The notes below the pieces were generated by a model, which saw only the letters and a list, made by a program, of their open reading frames with translations, made no database searches and was not told the origin of the DNA. A program made the position numbers and the translations under genes. A stretch of DNA of 64,000 nt, taken from the NCBI GenBank assembly GCA_038897215.1, contig JAWAWX010000001.1, forward strand, positions 480,001 to 544,000, read 5' to 3'. This document shows positions 1-8,393 of this stretch, piece by piece; the first letter of the stretch is position 1, and each line of letters opens with the position of its first letter. The stretch is from Acidilobaceae archaeon. GTDB taxonomy: Archaea; Thermoproteota; Thermoprotei_A; Sulfolobales; Acidilobaceae.

Positions 1-211
1 TAGCGTCTGACTCTGAGACTCTCTTTATGGCTCCAGTAGGGCAGACGTTGACGCAGAGGAAGTGGTCTCTGCATCTCTCCCATATCAGTCTAGACTTCAT
101 GTTGTCATCGAACTCGAGAGCGTTCTCGGGGCACACCTCTATGCATGCCCCGCAACCTATGCAGAGACTCTGGTCTATTGCTACTCTCTCGAATCTAGAG
201 AGCTCCGTCAA
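1..211 (-). CDS. 4Fe-4S dicluster ferredoxin (3' end runs off the window)
   Basis: Not in the ORF track. Manual minus-strand translation from TTG at 211 (GAGGTG upstream): MTELSRFERVAIDQSLCIGCGACIEVCPENALEFDDNMKSRLIWERCRDHFLCVNVCPTGAI, with CxxCxxCxxxCP and a second CxxxxxCxxxCP motif. Confidence 0.88.
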   Translation of the reverse strand, partial: MTELSRFERVAIDQSLCIGCGACIEVCPENALEFDDNMKSRLIWERCRDHFLCVNVCPTGAIKRVSESDA

Positions 212-302
212 AGCTTGCACCTCGCTCGGCTATAGTTGTCTCGAGGCTTAAGAGTGTTAGCTTTGAGAAAGTGCTGAGCATCAGTCTTCCGGGCTCTACA
301 CG

Positions 303-1292
303 TCAAGCTAGCGGAGCCGGCTTCCTGTTAACGCATTGGAGAGCCCCTTCTTCTACCACATCAGGGTTTCTTATCTTGAATCTCTCCTCGAAAGCTACAA
401 GCCCTCTCTCGTGGTACCCTCTCGCCTCCCAGTAGCCGTCTACATACCTGTCTAGTACTGCTATCCTCCTGACTCTCTTAACCCACTTCCATCCGAAGAG
501 TTCTGGAAAGACTAGCCTAGGTGCTGTAAGCCCTCTCTGAGAGATAGCGAAAGCTAGATAGCTCTCAGATAGCGCTGTTGCCGGCACTACAGCGCTATAG
601 CCTCTATCGCTCTCCGCGTAGACCCAGGAATCTCCGGGGACCTGGCCCAGCAAGTCTCTAAGGCTGACCGCGTGGAGAGAGATTCTCGCAGACCAGCCCT
701 CGACACAGTGGAGGCCCGTCTCGAGAGCGGTGGAGGAACCCGCTAGCTCCTCGAGGCCGACCTCTCTAGAGCCGCTCGCTAGCTCCAGGACTAGACTCCA
801 CTCTCTCAGAGACTCCTCTACAACATAGCCCTCAGAGTAGTACACAGCAGGCCTGGGGACCCATCGCTGAACCGGCTCCCAGCTAGGGGCTCTCTCTAGG
901 AATAGCGGCTTCACTACATTGCCTATCTCTACTACGCTACCGCCTAGCAACTCAGTAGCTGGCTTCGAGGCGCCTCCTAGAGCAGCACCGGAGATCACGC
1001 CTGAGACCACTAGGGGAGCTCTGCAGAGCTCCGCGACTCTAGCTTCTCCCAGAGAGGCTCCTCGAGAGCCGACTGCTATCTTGAATAGATTGAACCTCCC
1101 GGCTACGAACTCCCACTCCTTGAGCCCCAGGACCTCAAGCCTGAGGTCTAGAGCTCTCGACACTAGCCTAGTGGCTTCGAAGGTTAGCTCTAAGGCGTCT
1201 CTACCGCTATCCAGAGAGCCCGCCACGCTACAGGTGAAGACTATCGAGTCTAGGAGCTTGTTGTAGTAGACGCTACAGCCCGTGACCCCCAA
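303..1292 (-). CDS. Molybdopterin-dependent oxidoreductase (sulfite oxidase/MsrP-like catalytic domain) with an unassigned N-terminal extension
   Basis: LHCVEGWS, PRLVFPELFGWKWVKRVRRI and DGYWEARGYH motifs typical of the Oxidored_molyb family in the C-terminal half. Confidence 0.8.
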   Translation of the reverse strand: MGVTGCSVYYNKLLDSIVFTCSVAGSLDSGRDALELTFEATRLVSRALDLRLEVLGLKEWEFVAGRFNLFKIAVGSRGASLGEARVAELCRAPLVVSGVISGAALGGASKPATELLGGSVVEIGNVVKPLFLERAPSWEPVQRWVPRPAVYYSEGYVVEESLREWSLVLELASGSREVGLEELAGSSTALETGLHCVEGWSARISLHAVSLRDLLGQVPGDSWVYAESDRGYSAVVPATALSESYLAFAISQRGLTAPRLVFPELFGWKWVKRVRRIAVLDRYVDGYWEARGYHERGLVAFEERFKIRNPDVVEEGALQCVNRKPAPLA

Positions 1293-1367
1293 TGCCCGCT
1301 CCTGGCAGCGCTCTACTCTATCATCCTTTATAAGGTCTTCGTAGAGGTGTAGGGAGAGGGCTCTGAG

Positions 1368-2138
1368 ATGAGAGGAGTCTGGAGGGTCCTAGCTGCCGCT
1401 CTAGCTCTGCTACTAGTAGCCTCCGCGTCTGTTGGCGTGTGGGTCTACTTGTCTCATACTGCTCCAGCTAGGGGTCTCGCTGGCGTATCCGACTACTCCG
1501 ACCTGCTCTCGAGAGTCTCCAGGCTCTCCTACACTCTATCTTATGGTGGTAGCGAGTACAGGGTTCAAGTAGAGTGCGAGTCTAGCTGCCTGAAGGGCGC
1601 TATCAGAGTCCACGGCGCAAACGGGAACCAGCTCTATGTAATCGAGTTCGAGTACATCGGCGGGCTCTTCACTGCCAGGAAAGTGTACGCTAACGGGACC
1701 ACGCTAGACCTAGACCCCACGGTCTACACGAGCGGCATCATAGGCAACCTGGTCTTCAAGAAGAACGCTGAAGGAGCCATCGTGGGAGTCGAGGTGTTCC
1801 CGGGTCTCGCTCCCCTCCTGCTCCCATACCATCTAGGCGTCGTGTACAACGTGGACTGGAGCCTGGTAGCGAGACTAGAGGGAGGAGGAACTCTGCCATC
1901 CACAAGCCTCGTTGAGACAAGCGTGGGCGGCGAGCGCTACAGAGGGCTTAGCCTAGTGTTCCTAGGCCACGGAGTCTACGTCGGCGGCTACGAGTGGCGA
2001 GCTCCCACATTCGAACTGATACTCGTGTCTCTCGACGGCATCCCCGTGGCTTCAACGATAGTAGCGGTAGTGCCAGACCCCCTCACCGGAGAAGCCGTAG
2101 AAGTCCGCGTAACCCTAGAGTCTCTGAAGAGAGCCTAG
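1368..2138 (+). CDS. Hypothetical membrane-anchored or secreted protein
   Basis: 256-aa ORF with an N-terminal hydrophobic signal anchor, a beta-rich body and a TTTATAA TATA box upstream. Confidence 0.7.
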   Translation: MRGVWRVLAAALALLLVASASVGVWVYLSHTAPARGLAGVSDYSDLLSRVSRLSYTLSYGGSEYRVQVECESSCLKGAIRVHGANGNQLYVIEFEYIGGLFTARKVYANGTTLDLDPTVYTSGIIGNLVFKKNAEGAIVGVEVFPGLAPLLLPYHLGVVYNVDWSLVARLEGGGTLPSTSLVETSVGGERYRGLSLVFLGHGVYVGGYEWRAPTFELILVSLDGIPVASTIVAVVPDPLTGEAVEVRVTLESLKRA

Positions 2139-2225
2139 CCTAGACCACTCCCCATAGACGAGAGCGAGCCGCCTCCCCGCTTTTCGAGAACTCTAAAAAG
2201 CCTCCACGCTAAGAGGAAAGCGGAA

Positions 2226-2350
2226 GCCGCCGTAGCTCAGCCTTGGTTAGAGCGCCGGACTCATACGGCCCCCACAGCCCGGGGTCGGGAGCCGATAAGG
2301 GGGCCTGGGGGATCCGGAGGTCCCGGGTTCGAATCCCGGCGGCGGCACCA
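2226..2350 (+). tRNA. tRNA-Met(CAT), probably elongator, with a 46-nt intron at 37/38 (2266-2311) and encoded CCA
   Basis: GCCGCCG/CGGCGGC acceptor stem, CCGGA-CT-CAT-A, TTCGAATC T-loop. Canonical BHB: CTCA/TGGG helix, TAC and GGA bulges, GGCCCCC/GGGGGCC intron stem. Confidence 0.93.
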
Positions 2351-2445
2351 GAGGCTACGAGCTATTCGTCATCCTCTTTTCTCGTTTTAAAACCTTGAGC
2401 TGAGCGCTTAGAGTGAGAGAGCAGAGTAGAAAGCAGGTGTGAGTA

Positions 2446-2775
2446 TTGGAGTTCTGGAGCTTAGTGTCGGAGATTTCTTTACCTATAGTGGCTGGGTTTA
2501 TTCTAGGTGTTATTCTAGGCTATGCTTCGATAAAGTTGTTGAAGCAAGCACTGAAGTACGCTGCCCTGATCGTTCTAGCCTTGATCCTAGGGGCTCTGCT
2601 TCACCTATGGAGAGTGGAGATAGAGAAAGAGCAGGACCTCCTAGCCTCTCTAGCTAGCGCTCTAATGCAGTTAGCTAGCATAGCGTTCAGCTTAGCGGAA
2701 TCGGTAGAGCTCACAGTAACGGGACCGCTAGTCATCGGTGTAGTCGCTGGAGCGCTGATTGCATTGCTTAGATAG
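2446..2775 (+). CDS. Small membrane protein, FUN14-like
   Basis: GFILGVILGYASIKLLK and a C-terminal GxxxG-rich helix resemble prokaryotic FUN14 proteins. Confidence 0.6.
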   Translation: MEFWSLVSEISLPIVAGFILGVILGYASIKLLKQALKYAALIVLALILGALLHLWRVEIEKEQDLLASLASALMQLASIAFSLAESVELTVTGPLVIGVVAGALIALLR

Positions 2776-2909
2776 ACGCGGAGAGCTTCTTCGAAGCAGT
2801 CTTCCTGCAACGCTACTAGCAGTTGAGAGCGTGCTTCGAGTTTAGAGTTCTTGCGAGCAACACTTATAAGGCATGCCTTCACATGATGTGACACGAAGAG
2901 GGCGCATCT

Positions 2910-3695
2910 ATGCCTATTACTTTACGTAGGGTCTACTCAGGCTACTCTGGGAGAGACTACGTGTTGAAGGATATCAGCATGGATATCTCTTCCAGCACCA
3001 TCGTGCTCGGCCCTAATGGTAGCGGGAAGACGACTCTATTCAGGACTATTCTCAGGCTGACGCCAGTAGCTAGAGGAGAGGTCAGGATAGACGGTTTGGA
3101 GCTAGAGAGCATCCGAGGGTCTCCCGGGACCGTCTCGACTAATCTCTGCGGGAAGTGTATTTAGGCTTCGTGAACTCCTCCTGGGAGTTCACTCACCCAT
3201 ATCTAGACTTATTGAGGGAACGCTGGCAAGCTCTCTAGCCTAGTAGAGGCTCTCGGCATAGCTAGAGAGCTGGGTAAGGAAGCCTCACGAACTCTCAGCG
3301 AGGACTAGGGTGCTACTATTCGACTCCATAGCCTTATCCTCGAGAGCGAGACACGTTCTGCTCGACGAGCCCTTCGAGAGCGTAGACCCAGTTAGGAGGT
3401 CGGTCTTGCTGAGAGAGATCGTGAGCTACGATGGGGTCGTGCTACTCAACACTCACACCACGTGGCTCCTGAAGCACACGGGCTCGTGGAACGTCTACCT
3501 CATGGTTTGCGGGCGAGTCTACGGGCCTCTTAGAGTCGAGGAGCTCATGTCCTCGAAGATATCGAGGGAGAGAAGCGAGGACACTCTAGTGGAGATCAGC
3601 CTGAGCGAGAAGACCGGTACCTGAGCAGGACTAGAGGAGTCTCGATATCCGACCTGGATACGCTCGATAAGCTCTACGAGGTGATATCATGGTAG
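2910..3695 (+). pseudogene. ABC transporter ATP-binding subunit, multiply frameshifted
   Basis: Walker [10 protein letters not shown] in 2910-3164, Walker B/D-loop LLDEPFESVD in 3310-3624, and the C-terminal tail YLSRTRG...KLYEVISW in another frame. The intervening stretch is broken by stops. Confidence 0.85.
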
Positions 3696-4581
3696 CCGGT
3701 AGGCTGACAGTGCATCTAGTGAAGTACTTCCTGTGCAACCACGTATTCTGGGCTTACTCGATACTATTCATGCTATTCTGGGTCTTCATGGGAGCCTACG
3801 CGTTCTCGAGAGACCTAACCGTAGACAATATTCGAGAACTCGTACTGAGAACAGGAGCCCCCTTGACAGAGGCCGATGTGAACAAAGCGTGGAGAGATGC
3901 CGTGAGTCTTATACTGGCGGCTGGCTAGCCACGATAATAGTCGTATCCTTCGGGGCGACCGCTCAGATGCTGATTCACGTAGTCTACTACTCGACTTTAC
4001 CGATTAGATACTTGGCGAAGTTCTCTAGGGCTACCAGCGAGCGCATCCTGCTAGAACTCGTAGCAGGGTCGTCGCTCATACTTCTAATCAGCTCACTCAT
4101 ACTGTTAGCCATATCCTTGGTTATGTTCAGCCACAGGTTCGACACGTTGCTACTACCGGAGAGCCCGCTCGGCCTGCTGGTAGCCGGCATAGCCTTCGGG
4201 CTATTCATATACCTCTTCTCTACGACTTTCGGGTTGCTTGCAATCGTGTTCAGGAAGCCGGGTCTCGTCGCCAAGATATCATTCACTCCGACCGTGTTAG
4301 CGTGGGCTTTCGCCATGCTGTCGATCTTCGCCGGCGGAGAGGTCTACCACCACACTCCATTCGTGGCAGCCACGGCGCTACTATACCACTACTCCACTGG
4401 CTTCAAGGTACCCTACGATAAGCCTTTCGCGCGCATGAGCTTCCAAGACTTTACCCCAATGGAGCCGACTAGCTCGTGGGCCGTCCTGCAAGCCTGGATA
4501 GCAGTGTTCGCAACCACGTCTCTACTCTTGCTGAAGAAGCAGAAGGGAGTCCCGGTAGAGGAGAACATCAGAACAGCGTAG
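3689..4581 (+). pseudogene. ABC-2-type permease with a frameshift near 3905
   Basis: The TM-rich N-terminal ORF 3689-3928 continues in the 3733-4581 frame at ...AVSL/YTGGW...; it follows the ABC ATPase directly. Confidence 0.75.
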
Positions 4582-4590
4582 AAGAGCGAG

Positions 4591-4691
4591 TGGAGCCGCC
4601 GGCGGGATTCGAACCCGCGACCACCGGCTTACAAGGCCGGCGCTATCGGCCCGCGCAGGCTCTCAGGTCTACCGGGCTGAGCTACGGCGGC
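4591..4691 (-). tRNA. tRNA-Thr(TGT) with a 24-nt non-canonical D-arm intron (4645-4668)
   Basis: Reverse complement GCCGCCGTAGCTCAGCCCGGTAG[ACCTGAGAGCCTGCGCGGGCCGAT]AGCGCCGGCCTTGTAAGCCGG...TTCGAATCCCGCCGGCGGCTCCA. Removing the insert restores the cloverleaf. Confidence 0.9.
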
Positions 4692-4748
4692 TCCTCTAGC
4701 GATCCACGTCAAGGCTCTTTTTAAGTTTTAAAGTGCTAGCTTTGAGTC

Positions 4749-5390
4749 TCATCTCCTAGTCCTGCTCTTACCGCTCACTACTTGCAGGACTAGGCTGGAG
4801 GCGGCCCCCACTGCTACTACTAGAGCTGCTAGTGCTAGCTTAGCCTGAGTTAGTGCTCCCTCACGTACACACATGTTCTCTGTTAGGCACTCGAGAACTA
4901 TGGGTTTCTCTTCTCCAGACATGAACGGCTTGTCTTCCGATGGCTCTGCTCTCGCTATAGCCTCCCAGAACTCGGGGTTCTCGTTGAGCCCCTCTACTAC
5001 AGCTAGGAGCTCTCCGTTCTTGAAGACTAGCGTTAGAGGGACTCCTCTCACTAAGCCGCTTAGCCCGGCTTCTTCGAGGAACCAGAGCAGGTTATCGAAG
5101 CATACTCTATCACTCACTATGTCGCACGATTTGTACGAGCCCGAATAGTGCTCGCTGAAGAATCTAAGCTGAGCCTCGCAGTAGGGACAGCCTCTCATAG
5201 CGAAACAGTAGAAGATGACCCCGCTCTCCTGTACCTCTAGCTTCTCTCTAAGAACTCTCAAGCTATCCGGGCTCATGGAAAAGCCTACTGCCGCCTCGAG
5301 CTTCACGGAGACAGGCCATAGCATGATCACTAGAGCTACCATCAGAGCCGTGATGAGAGGTAGCCAGGCGAGTCTACGCGAGACCGCCAA
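4749..5390 (-). CDS. Membrane-anchored thioredoxin/glutaredoxin-like protein
   Basis: CPYC active site, GVP cis-Pro loop, N- and C-terminal TM helices. Confidence 0.75.
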   Translation of the reverse strand: MAVSRRLAWLPLITALMVALVIMLWPVSVKLEAAVGFSMSPDSLRVLREKLEVQESGVIFYCFAMRGCPYCEAQLRFFSEHYSGSYKSCDIVSDRVCFDNLLWFLEEAGLSGLVRGVPLTLVFKNGELLAVVEGLNENPEFWEAIARAEPSEDKPFMSGEEKPIVLECLTENMCVREGALTQAKLALAALVVAVGAASSLVLQVVSGKSRTRR

Positions 5391-5462
5391 GCCGCTTCCC
5401 GGAGAAGTGAGAGCCCTCTGAGAGCACTTATCTCTGAAATCCGGCTACTAGGCCAGCTGAGC

Positions 5463-5930
5463 TCATCCCTCCTCAGCGGCTTTCAGCAGGTCTAGTGGTA
5501 TCGTGACCACTAGGCGGAAGCCTGTCTCGAGTAGCACAACTTCGGCCTCGCTCCTAGTCTTGTATATCTCTACTATGCGTCCCTTCATGCCCTTCCAGGG
5601 GCCTCCGGTTATCTCCACGACCTGCCCTTTCTCGAACTCTACTACCTTAACCTTGGGTATCAGGAAGCTCACTGCCTCCTCTGCCTTCAAAGCTATCGGC
5701 TTCCTGGCTTTAACGTACCGGACTCCTCTGAGGAGAGCTTGGAGAGCTGCGGGGTCTCCGACTTCTACGATCACGTAACCCTTCAGGTCTGCCGGGACTC
5801 CTATGCTTCTCACATCAAGCCCTAATGCTTTAACTCTTTCAGCTAGAATTAGAGCCACGCGCTCCTCCATGCCTCCAAGGACTTGTATCGAGTAAAATCT
5901 CGACTGCTCTCGCGGAGACCCTTGACTCAC
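5463..5930 (-). CDS. spt5: Transcription elongation factor Spt5 (NusG family)
   Basis: GGMEERVA, LKGYVIVE and KOW motif VEITGGPWKG; lies downstream of secE. Confidence 0.95.
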   Translation of the reverse strand: MSQGSPREQSRFYSIQVLGGMEERVALILAERVKALGLDVRSIGVPADLKGYVIVEVGDPAALQALLRGVRYVKARKPIALKAEEAVSFLIPKVKVVEFEKGQVVEITGGPWKGMKGRIVEIYKTRSEAEVVLLETGFRLVVTIPLDLLKAAEEG

Positions 5931-5936
5931 AGCTCG

Positions 5937-6119
5937 TCACCTCAGCATTATAACTGCGAAGAGCATGTGGATCACGACGCCGATCATCCCTACAAGAGCT
6001 AGCCCTAGCAGTGTAAGCCGTAGGAGGAGCATGTACTCCTCGTCGTCAGGCTTGACTGCTAGAGCCAGTATTCTGGGCCAGGTTTTCACCATCCTCGCGA
6101 GCTTCGACACGAGCCACAC
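5937..6119 (-). CDS. secE: Protein translocase subunit SecE (Sec61 gamma)
   Basis: RILALAVKPDDEEY followed by a single TM helix; conserved position before spt5. Confidence 0.9.
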   Translation of the reverse strand: MWLVSKLARMVKTWPRILALAVKPDDEEYMLLLRLTLLGLALVGMIGVVIHMLFAVIMLR

Positions 6120-6663
6120 TAGCTTCTCCCCCCGCTCTCTTGCGGGAGCTGATTCTTAAAGCTTTACGGAAGCTCTGCGCGAAGCTTCTCGCTTCCTCAA
6201 TGACCCCCCTTATGTTTCTCCAGTGGCTACCCTCCCAGTACACCTTCCCGCATTTAGCGCACTCGTAGAACTCCTCGTAGACCTCAAGCACTCTAGGAGG
6301 AACCCTGCTTCTGACCTCTTCTCTGCCTCTCTTCACGAGAACCCCGTTGCAGTCAGGGCATCTGCTTCTAGAAGGGTCGACGTTCAAGTCGAGCTTGATC
6401 TTTGAGGCAAGCTCCGCTATCTTCTCCACTGTTAGGGTAGACTCTACGAGAACCCCCCGCACGCCTAGCTTCTTGGCTTTAGCGTAGAGCCTCTTGTCTT
6501 TAGTGACTAGCACTCTATCTCCGAGAAGCGCTAGCTCGAGGAGCTGTCTATCCGTGTAGCTTCTAGAGTACACGGTATCATACCCGAGTATTCTCAGCCA
6601 CTTAGCTAGATCTCCGTGCATCGTGTCGACAATGAATCTAGGCTTAGAACTACCCTCATTCAA
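6046..6663 (-). CDS. Mut7-C RNase domain protein (DUF82)
   Basis: RFIVDTMHGDLAKWLRILGYDT, LVTKD, RCPDCNG and CAKCGKVYWEGSHW. Confidence 0.9.
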   Translation of the reverse strand: MNEGSSKPRFIVDTMHGDLAKWLRILGYDTVYSRSYTDRQLLELALLGDRVLVTKDKRLYAKAKKLGVRGVLVESTLTVEKIAELASKIKLDLNVDPSRSRCPDCNGVLVKRGREEVRSRVPPRVLEVYEEFYECAKCGKVYWEGSHWRNIRGVIEEARSFAQSFRKALRISSRKRAGGEASVARVEAREDGENLAQNTGSSSQA

Positions 6664-6728
6664 ACCTAAAGCCCTAATATTAATCTCCGAGAGTCTGCGA
6701 GATAATAATACTTAGGGAGAGCGGAGAG

Positions 6729-7691
6729 ATGATCGTGGCTCTAGATGAGAGCAGGATTTCCGAAGCTTCGAGAGTTATCGGCGCGCTCGTTTCATCTATG
6801 GAGGTAGACAGATTCCTCGACTCCTCTCTATACCCTCCTCCTTCAGCTAGCAGGAGGCTCGTAGTTCAGTATTTTCTAGTCATGGTGGCTATGGACCATA
6901 GACTTAGCAGACCTGGCAGACCCTACGAGGGCTATGTTGACGGCAGGCTATACCATGGAGCAGACCTCCTCTACAGACTGGGGTCTATGAGGTTGAGAGA
7001 AGACCCCGGCTTCTTCGAAGCCGAGAGGCTAGCTAGAGTCACAGCTAGAGAGGTGAGAGAGTGGCTCGAGCTCCCTTCGGGGGTAGCCTCGCTCCCAGAC
7101 CCCGATGTCAGAGCCGAGCTTCTAAGAGACCTCGGAGTTAAGCTTCTAAGACTCTACGACGGGGACCCTTTTCTGCTAATCTCTGAGTCTCGAGGATTCC
7201 TGAAGAACCGTGGCTCAGGCTTGATAGAACTACTCAGAGTATTCAAAGCATACAACGACCCTGTCGAGAAGAAAGCATACCTCTTAGCTAAGTTCCTCGA
7301 GAGGAGAGAAGTCGTATCCTTCCTCGACCCTTACAACAAAGAGGTCCCTGTCGACAACCACCTAGTGAGAATAGCTCTAAGACTCGGGCTAGTCGATGTA
7401 GACTCTAGTCTCCTAGAGAAGATAGCCTACGGGGTAGAGTTCAGCGAGAACGAAGACGTGCTGTTGAGACTAGCTACCCGTATATCCTACAGGAAGCTCG
7501 CGATTAGAGCAGGGCTAGATCCCTTCATCTTAGACGACTTCCTCTGGAGCTTTGGGCGAAGTGTCTGTAAGCGCGAAACCCCTGCTTGCAAAGCTGGGAG
7601 AGAGTGCCCTCTCTCATCTATCTGCAAAGCGCGCTCCAACGCTCTCTACATGGTCCCAGAGCACAGATTCCTCGAGACGTGGTGGTATTAG
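6729..7691 (+). CDS. HhH-fold glycosylase/hydrolase resembling the queuosine-salvage (DUF2419/QNG1) family, with a C-terminal 4Fe-4S loop
   Basis: FKAYNDPVEKKAYL, VPVDNHLVRIALRLG, LDDFLW and the C-x6-C-x5-C-x5-C motif CKRETPACKAGRECPLSSIC. Confidence 0.6.
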   Translation: MIVALDESRISEASRVIGALVSSMEVDRFLDSSLYPPPSASRRLVVQYFLVMVAMDHRLSRPGRPYEGYVDGRLYHGADLLYRLGSMRLREDPGFFEAERLARVTAREVREWLELPSGVASLPDPDVRAELLRDLGVKLLRLYDGDPFLLISESRGFLKNRGSGLIELLRVFKAYNDPVEKKAYLLAKFLERREVVSFLDPYNKEVPVDNHLVRIALRLGLVDVDSSLLEKIAYGVEFSENEDVLLRLATRISYRKLAIRAGLDPFILDDFLWSFGRSVCKRETPACKAGRECPLSSICKARSNALYMVPEHRFLETWWY

Positions 7692-7702
7692 CTCTAGGAG
7701 AG

Positions 7703-7790
7703 TGGTGCGGGGGGTGGGATTTGAACCCACGCAGGCCTACGCCATCGGGTCCTCAGCCCGACCCCTTTGACCAGGCTCGGGCACCCCCGC
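7703..7790 (-). tRNA. tRNA-Leu(GAG)
   Basis: GCGGGGG acceptor, TCGGG-CT-GAG-GA-CCCGA anticodon arm, long variable arm, encoded CCA. Confidence 0.95.
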
Positions 7791-7861
7791 GCCGTAGACC
7801 TACGGTAGCTCGCTGAGCCAAATAAGGTTTCAGGCTTTCTCGAGCTAGGAGGTGGCGCTCC

Positions 7862-8233
7862 GTGGAGGCTTTCGACTCTAAGGCTCTGGCTGTCAAGGTC
7901 TCTAGCTTAAACGATCTCGCTCGCTTCGCGTCGTCTATGACTCCCGCTATGATCGTGATGCCAGTGTATAGATTCAAGAAGGGCGGGAGAGTCTACTACT
8001 TCCTCCAGACTGTCTACAAGGATTTCTATAAGTACTACGGGGTCCCAGTGATCTACTATTACTCGAGCGACGACGACGGGCTAGACGCGGATAAAGCGAG
8101 ATTCCTCTTATTTAAGGTTGATGAGGAGGGAGAGAAGCTAGAGATCTCGAGTAGAACCAAGCCCGGCTGGATAACAGTGCCCATAGTGAACCTAGAGGAG
8201 AAGCCTGGATTCATTCCCGACGAGCTTCTCTAA
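7862..8233 (+). CDS. Conserved crenarchaeal hypothetical protein
   Basis: VKVSSLNDLARFA ... YKYYGVPVIYYY ... VPIVNLEEKP pattern; GGAGGTGG ribosome-binding site before the GTG. Confidence 0.75.
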   Translation: MEAFDSKALAVKVSSLNDLARFASSMTPAMIVMPVYRFKKGGRVYYFLQTVYKDFYKYYGVPVIYYYSSDDDGLDADKARFLLFKVDEEGEKLEISSRTKPGWITVPIVNLEEKPGFIPDELL

Positions 8234-8237
8234 ACGG

Positions 8238-8298
8238 AGAGCTCAACTCCCGGATTCCTCTTCACCTACTCAGCAAAGTTAAGCTCTATCATCGCTCT
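8238..8298 (-). ncRNA. Box C/D guide sRNA with variant C (AUGAUAG) and D (UUGA) boxes
   Basis: AGAGC-G-ATGATAG-[12 nt]-CTGA-GTAG-GTGAAGA-[12 nt]-TTGA-GCTCT. Both guides are exactly 12 nt and the 5-bp terminal stem is in K-turn register. Confidence 0.72.
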
Positions 8299-8393
8299 TG
8301 CTCGCTCGGGTAACCGCTCCTAGTGGTGTTGATATAGCGGGGCTTAAAGATTATTTATTAGGGAGTTCTTCCTTCTCTGTCCTGGTGTAGTCG

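Noticed and set aside
1316-1326. Other ATGATAG-type C boxes on the minus strand (about 1318, 10278, 20516, 41215)
   Set aside because: No D', C' or D boxes follow at 12-nt spacing, so they do not fit the sRNA architecture.
5350-5421. GTGATGA...CTGA as a C/D sRNA
   Set aside because: Too long, lacks internal boxes and lies antisense within a coding region.
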